This document shows positions 37,726 to 47,032 of a stretch of DNA of 64,000 nucleotides, piece by piece. Location of the stretch: NCBI GenBank assembly GCA_035624215.1, contig DASPRY010000053.1, positions 9,119-73,118 of the forward strand. The letters run 5' to 3'. Origin of the DNA: Terriglobales bacterium. Its GTDB lineage: Bacteria > Acidobacteriota > Terriglobia > Terriglobales > Acidobacteriaceae. The translations under genes and the position numbers were made by a program. The notes beneath the pieces were generated by a model. The model was not told where the DNA came from. It saw only the letters and a program-made list of their open reading frames with translations, and ran no database searches. Position 1 is the stretch's first letter; the number at the start of each line of letters is the position of its first letter.

Positions 37726-39189
37726 ATGCGGCGTTCAATGGCTGTACGAGTAACCTGCGTCTTGCTCACATTGCTGATCGCACTGCCGAGTTGGCCGGCA
37801 GTGCCTATGGTCAGCCCGCAGCTTCCTGACCCTGGTAGCCCCCGCATGAGCAAACAGGACCAGGAACAGCTGGGATTGAAGACTGCAGCGGAAGTGTACA
37901 AGCAAATGCCAGTTCTGCCGGATTCCAGTCCGGTCGCCCGATATGTTCAGCAACTGGGAAAAAAGCTGGTGGCGGTTATTCCCCCACAGCGCTCATGGCC
38001 GTATCAATTTCACGTCGTTCAGCAAGCTGATATCAACGCGTTTGCGCTTCCCGGCGGCCCCATTTTCATCAACATCGGCACTATCAATGCGGCGGACAAT
38101 GAAGCCCAACTGGTCGGAGTTGTGTCGCATGAAATGGCTCACATCTACATGCAGCATTCGGCAAAACAGGCGCCTAAACAGGAATTTGCGAATATTCTGG
38201 GCGCGCTCGGCGGTTTGCTGGGTGGTACGGCCGGTGGTCTCGCGCAAATGGGCATCCAGTACGGCGCGGGAACCCTGCTGATGAAATATTCGCGGGCCGA
38301 CGAGGCCCAGGCCGACTCCGTCGGCACCGTCATCATGTACAAAGCAGGTTACGATCCCAGGGGGATGGCTGACTTCTTTGCAAAGCTCGAGAAAATGGTG
38401 GGCAACGGTGGGCCGCAGTTTCTCAGCGATCATCCGAATCCGGGCAATCGCGTCGCAGCCGTCAATAAGGAGATTGCGCCTTGGCCGCCAAAGCAATATC
38501 TGCCGACGAGTGCAGCCTTTCTGCAGGCCAAGCAGCAGGCGAAGGGCATAAGAGCGTACACCGCGCAACAAATTTCAGCCGGCGCGAAAAGCGGACAATG
38601 GGCGCAGCAGAATCGAAGAGCGGGCGCAATGCCTGGGGGGATGCAAACCACGCCGCCATCCGCAACCACAACAGGTGATGGAACGCTTACAGATGTCAAC
38701 TATCAGGAGGTACAACCGAGCGGTGATTTTAAGACGTTTCAAAACAGCGATTTCAGTATTAGTTATCCTGCCAATTGGCAGGCGATCGCGGGACAAAACT
38801 CCGCTACACTAGCTCCCGCCGCAGGGGTTGGGCAGAACGCGATTGCTTACGGTGTGATTGTGGATACAGCTCACAATGTGGATAACAGTTCAATCGACGA
38901 TGCAACGCGAAGCTTAATTCAGAATTTGCAGGACACAAATCCCGGCCTGCGCATTTATAACAGTCCCCGCAAAGTCGTAGTCTTCGGCGTCGAGGGCCGC
39001 TCGACTATGCTCGAGGGAACCTCGCCGATCAAACAGAATGGCCCTTCGGTTTTGGAGCACGATTGGCTGATCACGGTGCCGCGGCCTAGAGGCGGACTGC
39101 TGCATCTGGTGTTCGTCGCTCCAAAGAATCAGTTTTCCCAGTTAGAGCCTACCTACCAGAAGATGCTGGATAGCTTTCAGATAAGATAA
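37726..39189 (+). CDS. M48-family metallopeptidase, exported, with an extended C-terminal domain
   Basis: HEMAHIYMQH zinc motif and signal peptide MRRSMAVRVTCVLLTLLIALP. The start is uncertain (37690, 37696 or 37726). Confidence 0.85.
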   Translation: MRRSMAVRVTCVLLTLLIALPSWPAVPMVSPQLPDPGSPRMSKQDQEQLGLKTAAEVYKQMPVLPDSSPVARYVQQLGKKLVAVIPPQRSWPYQFHVVQQADINAFALPGGPIFINIGTINAADNEAQLVGVVSHEMAHIYMQHSAKQAPKQEFANILGALGGLLGGTAGGLAQMGIQYGAGTLLMKYSRADEAQADSVGTVIMYKAGYDPRGMADFFAKLEKMVGNGGPQFLSDHPNPGNRVAAVNKEIAPWPPKQYLPTSAAFLQAKQQAKGIRAYTAQQISAGAKSGQWAQQNRRAGAMPGGMQTTPPSATTTGDGTLTDVNYQEVQPSGDFKTFQNSDFSISYPANWQAIAGQNSATLAPAAGVGQNAIAYGVIVDTAHNVDNSSIDDATRSLIQNLQDTNPGLRIYNSPRKVVVFGVEGRSTMLEGTSPIKQNGPSVLEHDWLITVPRPRGGLLHLVFVAPKNQFSQLEPTYQKMLDSFQIR

Positions 39190-39220
39190 CCGCAGTCAGG
39201 TTTCCCGGGCAGGATCACGC

Positions 39221-39718
39221 TCAGGTTTTTCCGCTGCCGATCTTGTGATAATCGCTGCGGAAATAGAGCAGGGGATTGCCTTCGCGTACCACGACGTCTT
39301 CCACTTCCGCGATAAATATCGTATGGTCGCCGGCATCCTGGGCGCGATGCAGACGGCATTCCAGATATGCCAGCGCCCCATGCAGGACGGGAGTGCCATG
39401 GCGGGTTCGATCGAAGCGAGCTCCAGCTTCTTGCTCGGCATGTCGGCGCGTGCCTGAGGCCTGAGCATAGTATTCAGAAATCGCTTGTTGATGTTCGGCC
39501 AGGATGTTAACCCCGAATCGCTTCTTGGCATGTAGCCGAGCATGGGTTCGGGCGCGGTGATCCACACACACCAGCACCAACAACGGGTCCAATGACACGG
39601 AAGTGAACGCGTTGGCGGTCATGCCGTGCACTTCACCTTCGTAGTCCACGGTAATGATCGTCACCCCGGTGGCGAAGGTGCCCAGTGCTTTGCGAAATTC
39701 TTCCTGATTGATGCTCAT
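39221..39718 (-). CDS. flavin reductase family protein (NAD(P)H:flavin oxidoreductase, RutF/HpaC-like)
   Basis: FRKALGTFATGVTIITV...GMTANAFTSVSLDPLLVLVC. Confidence 0.85.
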   Translation of the reverse strand: MSINQEEFRKALGTFATGVTIITVDYEGEVHGMTANAFTSVSLDPLLVLVCVDHRARTHARLHAKKRFGVNILAEHQQAISEYYAQASGTRRHAEQEAGARFDRTRHGTPVLHGALAYLECRLHRAQDAGDHTIFIAEVEDVVVREGNPLLYFRSDYHKIGSGKT

Positions 39719-39836
39719 TCCCGTCTATAGCCCCGGACTGGTAGACTGCATTGGGAACAAATCAGAATAACCGCGTTCAATGTTGGGAGAAGAGTGCTCA
39801 ATCCTTATACCCGTCTTCTATGACTCGCAAGCAGTG

Positions 39837-39856
39837 AATTGTAATCCATTACAATT
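39837..39856. promoter_or_regulatory. perfect 20-bp palindrome (candidate operator) upstream of cofG
   Basis: AATTGTAAT-CC-ATTACAATT, ending 21 nt before the cofG ATG (39878), in the divergent spacer shared with the flavin reductase gene. Confidence 0.45.
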
Positions 39857-39877
39857 AACTGAGAATCGGGCCAGAGG

Positions 39878-41062
39878 ATGGCAGCCATTGCAAAGCGAGT
39901 CATAGCAGCGGAGACGCAACTTCTCGAGCTCACCCCTCCGCTTGAGCGGGAGCAGGCCTACCGATTGATCTGTTGCTCCGACGGCGAACTTCCAGCTCTG
40001 CTAGCAGCCGCCGTCGAAGCCAGGAATCGCTTCAAGCCCGGCGTCATCACCTATTCGCGCAAAGTTTTCATTCCGCTAACCAATCTGTGTCGTGATTACT
40101 GTGGCTATTGCACGTTTCGCCGAGATCCCGGCGAGCCGGGCGCGCACACGATGACGCCGGAGGAAGTGCTCCAAGTGGCAAGGGCGGGGGAAGAATTGGG
40201 TTGCACGGAAGCCCTTTTCAGTCTGGGCGACAAACCGGAGCTCGCATTTCCCGAAATGCGCGCCATCCTACGACGCCTGGGCTTCACATCGACCCTGCAC
40301 TACTTGGAAGCCATGTGTGAACTCGTGCTGCGCGAGACTTCACTGCTGCCGCACCCGAATCCTGGTCTGCTGAGTGCCGAGTGGATCGCGCGTTTGGCGA
40401 AAGTTTCCCCCAGTATGGGCCTGATGCTCGAAACAACAAACCACCATCTGCTTGCCTCGGGAGCCGCGCACGACAATGCTCCAGACAAAATTCCTGCTAA
40501 ACGACTGCGTACGATCGAAGAGGCAGGCAAGCAGCAAGTTCCCTTTACCACCGGCCTGCTGATTGGAATTGGCGAAACCCCGCAGGACCGGGTCGACACG
40601 CTGCTAGCCATTCGCGAATTGCACCGGCGGTATGGGCACATCCAGGAAGTGATTATTCAGAACTTCCGTGTAAAACCCGATATCCCGATGAGAAACTCGC
40701 CTGAGCCCACCAAAGGTGAAATGCTGCGCGCCATCGCGGTGGCACGACTGTTGATGCCGGACGTTAACATCCAGGCACCTCCCAACCTATCTTCGCCGTA
40801 CTATGAAGAGTTGCTGGATGCTGGACTCAACGATTGGGGAGGAATTTCGCCGCTCACCCCGGACTACATCAATCCGGAAAAACCGTGGCCGCATTTGGAG
40901 CAGCTGAAATTGAGAACTGAATCGAAAGGATACGGTCTGTACCAGCGCCTGCCGGTTTACCCTGAGTTCCTGCCCGGGCTTATCCATCGCTCAGGTGGTT
41001 TGCTCCACGACCGAGTTACAGCCGCAGCCGATGGCCACGGATACGCGCGGAGGGCGGCATGA
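39878..41062 (+). CDS. cofG: 7,8-didemethyl-8-hydroxy-5-deazariboflavin (FO) synthase subunit CofG
   Basis: Radical-SAM motif CRDYCGYCTF. Length and operon context fit. Confidence 0.9.
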   Translation: MAAIAKRVIAAETQLLELTPPLEREQAYRLICCSDGELPALLAAAVEARNRFKPGVITYSRKVFIPLTNLCRDYCGYCTFRRDPGEPGAHTMTPEEVLQVARAGEELGCTEALFSLGDKPELAFPEMRAILRRLGFTSTLHYLEAMCELVLRETSLLPHPNPGLLSAEWIARLAKVSPSMGLMLETTNHHLLASGAAHDNAPDKIPAKRLRTIEEAGKQQVPFTTGLLIGIGETPQDRVDTLLAIRELHRRYGHIQEVIIQNFRVKPDIPMRNSPEPTKGEMLRAIAVARLLMPDVNIQAPPNLSSPYYEELLDAGLNDWGGISPLTPDYINPEKPWPHLEQLKLRTESKGYGLYQRLPVYPEFLPGLIHRSGGLLHDRVTAAADGHGYARRAA

Positions 41063-42018
41063 TCGTGGTACTCACCGGGGGCACCGGAGGGGCAAAGTTC
41101 GTTGAGGGCCTGCGTCAGGTCGCGCCGGTGAAGAACATGACTTTTATCGTCAATACCGGCGACGATCTGGAGTGGTGGGCCTTGCATGTTTCTCCGGACC
41201 TGGATTCCATTACTTATGCGCTGGCCGGCCTGCTCAGTCGTGAGCGCGGTTGGGGGGTGAAGGGCGACACGTTTTATTGCCTGCAAGCGATGGGAGAACT
41301 CGCTGAGCCCATCTGGTTTCATGTCGGCGATCGCGATCTCGCAATTCATCTGGTACGGTCAAAGTTGTTGGGCCAAGGCAAAACTTTGACTGAGGTTACG
41401 ACGCAGATTTGCGGGAAGCTGGGAGTGCAGGCCCGCATACTGCCGATGAGCGATTCACGGGTGGAGACCAGGGTAATAACTCCCAGCGGAGAACTGAGCT
41501 TTCAGGAATATTTCGTGCAACGCTGGTATCAGGATCCGGTGACTTCGGTCCGGTTTGCCGGCGCCTCCGAAGCAGTGCCCTCGCCGGGAGTTGTAGAAGC
41601 AATTCGATCGGCCGATGCCGTTATCATCGCTCCGAGCAATCCCGTGACGAGCATAGGGCCGATTCTCGCTGTGCCCGGCATCCGGGCAGCGTTGCGCGAA
41701 ACCGGGGCAACTGTGGTTGCGGTGAGTCCCATCATTGGCGCGGCAGCTGTTTCAGGTCCGGCGGGCGTGCTTATGGCTGCGCAGGGTCTGCCGGTTTCGA
41801 TTGCCGGGATTGTGGAGGCGTATGGAGATTTCCTCGACATTCTGATTGCCGATCTTCGTGACCAACCCCTGGCGGCACAACTCGAAAGCTCCGGGCGCCG
41901 AGTGCACTGCACAAATATCCTGATGAAAACGGCTGAAGACAGGGCCAAGCTGGCGCGCACTGTGCTGGCGCTGCTCACGGCTGAGAAGTCAGTGCGAACC
42001 ACCTCGGAACGAGCATGA
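41059..42018 (+). CDS. cofD: 2-phospho-L-lactate transferase
   Basis: VVLTGGTGGAKFVEGL N-terminus. ATGA overlaps cofG. Confidence 0.9.
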   Translation: MIVVLTGGTGGAKFVEGLRQVAPVKNMTFIVNTGDDLEWWALHVSPDLDSITYALAGLLSRERGWGVKGDTFYCLQAMGELAEPIWFHVGDRDLAIHLVRSKLLGQGKTLTEVTTQICGKLGVQARILPMSDSRVETRVITPSGELSFQEYFVQRWYQDPVTSVRFAGASEAVPSPGVVEAIRSADAVIIAPSNPVTSIGPILAVPGIRAALRETGATVVAVSPIIGAAAVSGPAGVLMAAQGLPVSIAGIVEAYGDFLDILIADLRDQPLAAQLESSGRRVHCTNILMKTAEDRAKLARTVLALLTAEKSVRTTSERA

Positions 42019-42668
42019 TCCTCATTCCGGTTAAGAATCTCGCGACCGCAAAGCAAAGGCTGGCATCTGTTCTAAGCCAGCCAGTTCGCACCGAGTTGGC
42101 ACAGGCGATGTTGCTGGACGTGCTCGAGGCGGTAGCGGAATGGGCAAATCGCCCGCCAGTAAGCCTTGTGACGAGCGACCCTTTCGCCGTCGAGACTGCA
42201 CGGCAGTTCGATTTTGAGATCATCGCGGACGATAACAATCGCAGCGAGACAGACGCGATTGAGACAGCCACAACATTCTGCGAATCTCGAGGGGTCAATC
42301 ACACGCTGGTGATCCCCGCAGATATACCGCTCATCGAGGCTGGGGAGCTGGAAACGATCGCAATCGACGCCCCGGAACGGGGATCGCTTTTGGTTCCGGC
42401 AGGTGACGGACGCGGTACCAACGCAGCTTTCCGTCGTCCAGCAGGATTATTTCCCTTACGTTTTGGCAATGACAGCTTCAAGCCACATCTGGCCGCCGCC
42501 CACGCCACCGGATTGCCTTGCGCGGTGCTTTCCCTGCCGGGCATCGCGCTCGATATTGATAATCCTGGGGATTTGCGGCAGCTGGCCGAAGCACGCGGCG
42601 AGACTCGCTCCCAGCGTCTGGCCCGGCAATGGGATTTGAGCGGCCTTTCGCTGGCAGCAAACCAGTAG
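42015..42668 (+). CDS. cofC: 2-phospho-L-lactate (or PEP/3-PG) guanylyltransferase
   Basis: ILIPVKNLATAKQRL N-terminus. ATGA overlaps cofD. Confidence 0.85.
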   Translation: MILIPVKNLATAKQRLASVLSQPVRTELAQAMLLDVLEAVAEWANRPPVSLVTSDPFAVETARQFDFEIIADDNNRSETDAIETATTFCESRGVNHTLVIPADIPLIEAGELETIAIDAPERGSLLVPAGDGRGTNAAFRRPAGLFPLRFGNDSFKPHLAAAHATGLPCAVLSLPGIALDIDNPGDLRQLAEARGETRSQRLARQWDLSGLSLAANQ

Positions 42669-42784
42669 TTGCTGAGAATCTTTGGGCGAAGGTGCGGGAG
42701 CGTACCGCGGTAGTACGAAGTTCTGTTTGGTGAACAAACGCTTTCTCATTGTTCCCCGTAGACTACACTGCACACACGGCTCTC

Positions 42785-43546
42785 ATGGCACAGTGTCCAG
42801 AGTTGCAGATCATACCGGTACCTTTAGTTGATGAGATTCGTCCCGGAGATACGCTGCTCGTAAAATTGCTGAAGGCCCTTGTGCATCCCAAAGGCAGGCT
42901 CAAAGCGGGGGACATTCTGGTCGTGAAACACAAGATCGTCTCCAAAGCTGAGGGACGCCTTGTGGAACTGAGCACGATCAAGCCATCAAGCCGCATACGG
43001 GCATGGGCGCGACGATACAAGCTGGACCCGCGCGTGACAGAGCTGGCGCTGAGGCAAAGCAAGAGCATCCTGCGGCGCAAGCGAGGCGTGCTGATCACCG
43101 AAACGCAACACGGATTCATATGCGCGAACAGCGGCGTGGACGTTTCGAACGTCGATGGCGGCAGCCGGGCATTACTGCTTCCCGAGAATCCTGACCGGTC
43201 TGCTGCGCAGCTTCATCAAGGATTGAAAAAACATTTGCGGCTTTCGATTCCGGTGATCATCACTGATAGTTTCGGGCGCCCCTGGCGCGAGGGGCTGACT
43301 GAAGTTGCGGTCGGTGTGGCCGGTATGCGCGCGCTGCACGATTACCGTGGTCGGCGCGATTCATTTGGCTATCCGCTGCGAGTAAGCGTCGAGGCAGTAG
43401 CCGATGAACTGGCTTGCGCTGCGGGCCTGGTATGCGGCAAGCTAGCTCGCATACCGATGTGCATCGTTCGTGGCTTCCGATACCGCCCGGGGCGCGGAAG
43501 CGCACGCAGCCTGATTCGCCCGGCAGCCAACGACTTGTTTCGTTGA
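42785..43546 (+). CDS. cofE: coenzyme F420-0:L-glutamate ligase, single-domain form
   Basis: LQIIPVPLVDEIRPGD, KIVSKAEGR and ICANSGVD. I chose the ATG at 42785. About 253 aa, so it has no FbiB-type C-terminal domain. Confidence 0.88.
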   Translation: MAQCPELQIIPVPLVDEIRPGDTLLVKLLKALVHPKGRLKAGDILVVKHKIVSKAEGRLVELSTIKPSSRIRAWARRYKLDPRVTELALRQSKSILRRKRGVLITETQHGFICANSGVDVSNVDGGSRALLLPENPDRSAAQLHQGLKKHLRLSIPVIITDSFGRPWREGLTEVAVGVAGMRALHDYRGRRDSFGYPLRVSVEAVADELACAAGLVCGKLARIPMCIVRGFRYRPGRGSARSLIRPAANDLFR

Positions 43547-43557
43547 GGAGGAAGACT

Positions 43558-44790
43558 GTGGCTCGTCTGCTAACGCAATCCAACTTGGAAAATTTTGCTT
43601 CCTGGGAGTGGCCAAACATCGCTCCGCGCATGAGTTCCCCAGTTTGCGAAGCGCTTGAACGCGTAATGGAGAGTCTGGACGGACACAGCCTCACGCGGGA
43701 GCAATGCCTCACGCTTGCTATGGCAGAAGGCGATGACCTGCTCGGGCTTCTGGTGGCCGCCGATTTCGTGCGCCGCGAGCTGGTCGGGAATCTGGTGACC
43801 TACGTCGTCAATCGCAATATCAATTTCACAAATATCTGCTTTGTAGGCTGCAAGTTTTGCGCTTTCAGCCGCGGGCCGCGGGAGTCCGATACATATTTTC
43901 TAAGCCTTGAACAGGTTGCACAAAAAGCCGTCGAAGCCTGGGAGATGGGAGCCACCGAAGTGTGTATCCAGGGCGGCTTGCCGCGGGATCTGTCCCCGTT
44001 TTACTACCGGGACATTCTGTGTGCGGTGAAGCGAGCTGTGCCGGGCATGCACATCCATGCGTTCTCGCCGATGGAGATCGTTTACGGTGTCGAGCTCACT
44101 GGCATGAAGCTGTACGACTATCTCAGCATGTTGCGTGATAACGGTCTGGGGACTTTGCCGGGAACTGCAGCCGAGATTCTCGATGACGATGTTCGCTTTG
44201 TGCTCTCGCGCAACAAGTTAACAACTCGGCAGTGGGAGGAAGTCATTCGCACTGCCCATTCCTGTGGCATTCGTAGTACTTCCACGCTGATGTACGGACA
44301 CGTGGAAACGCCTGAGCACTGGGTGAATCAATTATTGCTATTGCGATGCATTCAGGAAGAAACCGGCGGCTTCACGGAGTTCGTGCCACTCGGCTTCGTG
44401 CATCAGAACACGCTGCTATTTCACCAGGGACTCTCGCGCTCGGGGCCGACTTTGGCCGAACATTTGAAGATTCATGCTTTGGCGCGAATTATGCTGGCCG
44501 GAACCATTAACAACATTCAAGTTTCCTGGGTAAAACTGAATCGCCGATTGTCGCAATTGTGCCTTCAGGCCGGCGCCAATGATTACGGTGGAACGCTGAT
44601 GGAGGAAAATATTTCCCGGGAAGCGGGCGCGACCGCGGGGCAATATACGAGTCCGGAAGAGTTTCAGTCGCTCATTTTGGAAATCGGGCGCATACCGGCT
44701 GAGCGTAATACGACGTACAAACGAATCAACATAAGAATGCGGACCGATGAACTGATCGCAGAACAGGCGATGGAAGCGGAGTTCGCATAG
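43558..44790 (+). CDS. cofH: FO synthase subunit CofH
   Basis: Radical-SAM motif CFVGCKFCAF. GTG at 43558 is preceded by GAGGAGG. The longer track ORF would overlap cofE. Confidence 0.9.
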   Translation: MARLLTQSNLENFASWEWPNIAPRMSSPVCEALERVMESLDGHSLTREQCLTLAMAEGDDLLGLLVAADFVRRELVGNLVTYVVNRNINFTNICFVGCKFCAFSRGPRESDTYFLSLEQVAQKAVEAWEMGATEVCIQGGLPRDLSPFYYRDILCAVKRAVPGMHIHAFSPMEIVYGVELTGMKLYDYLSMLRDNGLGTLPGTAAEILDDDVRFVLSRNKLTTRQWEEVIRTAHSCGIRSTSTLMYGHVETPEHWVNQLLLLRCIQEETGGFTEFVPLGFVHQNTLLFHQGLSRSGPTLAEHLKIHALARIMLAGTINNIQVSWVKLNRRLSQLCLQAGANDYGGTLMEENISREAGATAGQYTSPEEFQSLILEIGRIPAERNTTYKRINIRMRTDELIAEQAMEAEFA

Positions 44791-44792
44791 CG

Positions 44793-45482
44793 ATGACCCG
44801 GCCAATCGCCGTTCTGGGTGGCACCGGAGCGGAAGGTTTCGGCTTGGCGCTTCGCTGGGCGCAGGCCGGAGAAACCGTGATTATCGGTTCACGCGATGCG
44901 CAGCGTGCCCAGGCTGCCGCGGATAAAGTCCGCCAGATAGTCGGCCCGCAGGCGAAAATATCCGGAGAAGAGAACATCACGGCTTGTGGCCTGTCTGATC
45001 TCGTGGTGCTCACGGTTCCCTTTCAAGGCCACGCGAAGCTGCTCAAACAACTAAAGCCTGCGCTCCGGGCGGGAACTATTTTAGTCGACACGACGGTTGC
45101 GCTAGCCACCAGCGTTGGCGGCCGTGCCACTCGCACTTTGGGGGTATGGCAAGGTTCGGCGGCCCAGGAAGCGGCTGAACTTGTCCCTGCGGGAGTTTCA
45201 GTGGTGGCAGCTTTCCAGAACGTAGGCGCCGAAATGCTCAATTCAGATGGACCGATAGACTGCGACGCGATCGTGTGCAGCGACGATGTCGAGGCCAGCA
45301 AAGTAGTCCGCCATCTCGCCACCAGGATCCGGGGAGTTCGCGCTTTGGATGGTGGCAAGCTGGAGAATGCGCGGATTCTGGAGCAGATCACCGCACTTCT
45401 GATTGGGTTCAACGTTCGTTACAAAGGACACTGCGGAATCCGCATCTCGGGATTGCCAGCGGGAGCATACGACTCGCCCTAA
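44793..45482 (+). CDS. npdG: NADPH-dependent F420 reductase (Fno/NpdG-type)
   Basis: IAVLGGTGAEGFGLALRWAQAGETVIIGSR Rossmann N-terminus. Starts 2 nt after the cofH stop. Confidence 0.85.
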   Translation: MTRPIAVLGGTGAEGFGLALRWAQAGETVIIGSRDAQRAQAAADKVRQIVGPQAKISGEENITACGLSDLVVLTVPFQGHAKLLKQLKPALRAGTILVDTTVALATSVGGRATRTLGVWQGSAAQEAAELVPAGVSVVAAFQNVGAEMLNSDGPIDCDAIVCSDDVEASKVVRHLATRIRGVRALDGGKLENARILEQITALLIGFNVRYKGHCGIRISGLPAGAYDSP

Positions 45483-45564
45483 GGAGCTCCAAAGTAGCTG
45501 TTGCTTGCGCAAACTTTGAGAGATCGCTGTTTGCGAAAGATGCTTCACGATCGTCGTGATTTCC

Positions 45565-46341
45565 ATGGATTCCTCTCCTGATAAGCGCGCTGCCATCGAA
45601 TTCCACCATGTTTCCTATCGTCCGAATGGCGGGACAGACCTTGTCCGGGATTTGAGCATTGAGATCCGCCGTGGTGAAACTCTGGTGTTGCTGGGCCGTA
45701 GTGGCTCGGGCAAGACTACGACCCTCAAGCTCATCAACCGACTGCTGACCCCGAGCTATGGTGAGATTCGGGTTGATGGCCGGCCTATTAGTGAATGGGA
45801 TGTCATCCGCCTCCGCCGAATGATTGGTTACGTGATTCAGGAGGTCGGGCTCTTCCCGCACTTCACGATCGAGCGAAACATCGCCCTGGTTCCAAAAATT
45901 GAGAATTGGCCGGCTGAACGAATCCGCAAGCGTGTGGCTGAATTAATGAACCTGGTGGGTCTCGATCCGCAAATTGCTTCGCGCTATCCTCACCAGCTTT
46001 CAGGTGGACAGCGGCAGCGGGTCGGAGTGGCCCGGGCGTTGGCGGCTGATCCCCCAATTCTGTTGATGGACGAGCCATTTGGAGCGCTTGATGCTCTTAC
46101 CCGCGCGGAACTGCAGCGGGAATTTCTAAACTTGCAAATGAGACTTCGAAAAACCGTGGTATTTGTCACTCATGATCTACATGAAGCCTTGCTGCTGGGA
46201 ACCAGGATCGCGTTGATGGAAGCAGGCGAGTTGATCACCTTACAGACGCGAGATGAATTCCTGGCTTCGCGGGAGCCGTTGGTACTCGCCTATAAAGACG
46301 CCTTTGACACTAATCTTAACAACACAAGAGAGCGCGCATGA
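45565..46341 (+). CDS. ABC transporter ATP-binding protein (glycine betaine/choline OpuC-type, no CBS tail)
   Basis: GRSGSGKTT, LSGGQRQRV and LLMDEPF. Confidence 0.9.
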   Translation: MDSSPDKRAAIEFHHVSYRPNGGTDLVRDLSIEIRRGETLVLLGRSGSGKTTTLKLINRLLTPSYGEIRVDGRPISEWDVIRLRRMIGYVIQEVGLFPHFTIERNIALVPKIENWPAERIRKRVAELMNLVGLDPQIASRYPHQLSGGQRQRVGVARALAADPPILLMDEPFGALDALTRAELQREFLNLQMRLRKTVVFVTHDLHEALLLGTRIALMEAGELITLQTRDEFLASREPLVLAYKDAFDTNLNNTRERA

Positions 46342-46976
46342 ACGTTTGGCAATTTATGCTGCAGAATCACGCGGAAGTGGTGGAACTGACACTGGAGCAC
46401 GTCTGGCTGGTCGGAGTCTCGATCCTGCTTGCGGTTGCAGTGGGAATTCCGCTCGGAATCCTGATCACCCGCTGGCCCGCGCTTAGTAAGCCTGTTCTGG
46501 GCAGTGCGAATGTAATTCAGACAATTCCTAGCCTCGCGCTGTTCGGATTCCTTTTGCCTGCGCCCTGGATTGGGGCCCGCGCCGACCGCCTGGCAATACT
46601 CGCTCTTACGCTTTATGCCCTGTTGCCACTCATTCGCAATACCTACGCCGGAATCAAAGCGGTTGACCCGGCAGTCATCGAAGCCGGACGCGGCATGGGC
46701 TTGACGAATGGTCAGCTTCTGCTGCAGGTGGAACTTCCGTTGGCTTTGGGTGTCATCATCGCCGGCGTACGCGTGGCAACGGTGCTGTTAATTGGGTTGA
46801 CTACGATTGCTGCCGCGATTGGCGCCGGTGGGCTGGGTGAGTATATCTTTCGTGGACTCGCAATGGTCAACAACGCCGTGATCCTGGCGGGCGCTATTCC
46901 TGCGGCTGCACTGGCTCTGCTTGCCGATATTGGCTTAGGTTGCTTGCAAAGACGACTAACTCCGCACGCGGCGTGA
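46338..46976 (+). CDS. ABC transporter permease (osmoprotectant type)
   Basis: 212-aa multi-TM protein. ATGA overlaps the ATPase gene. Has the EAGRGMG EAA-loop. Confidence 0.9.
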   Translation: MNVWQFMLQNHAEVVELTLEHVWLVGVSILLAVAVGIPLGILITRWPALSKPVLGSANVIQTIPSLALFGFLLPAPWIGARADRLAILALTLYALLPLIRNTYAGIKAVDPAVIEAGRGMGLTNGQLLLQVELPLALGVIIAGVRVATVLLIGLTTIAAAIGAGGLGEYIFRGLAMVNNAVILAGAIPAAALALLADIGLGCLQRRLTPHAA

Positions 46977-47032
46977 GTTCGCCCGTTCGCAAATCTCGGT
47001 GCCGAGTGCACAGATTCTTCGCTGCGATCACG

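Noticed and set aside
43414-43557. Longer version of cofH overlapping cofE
   Set aside because: A GTG at 43558 with a GAGGAGG RBS follows the cofE stop. The upstream extension is out-of-frame cofE sequence with no CofH similarity.
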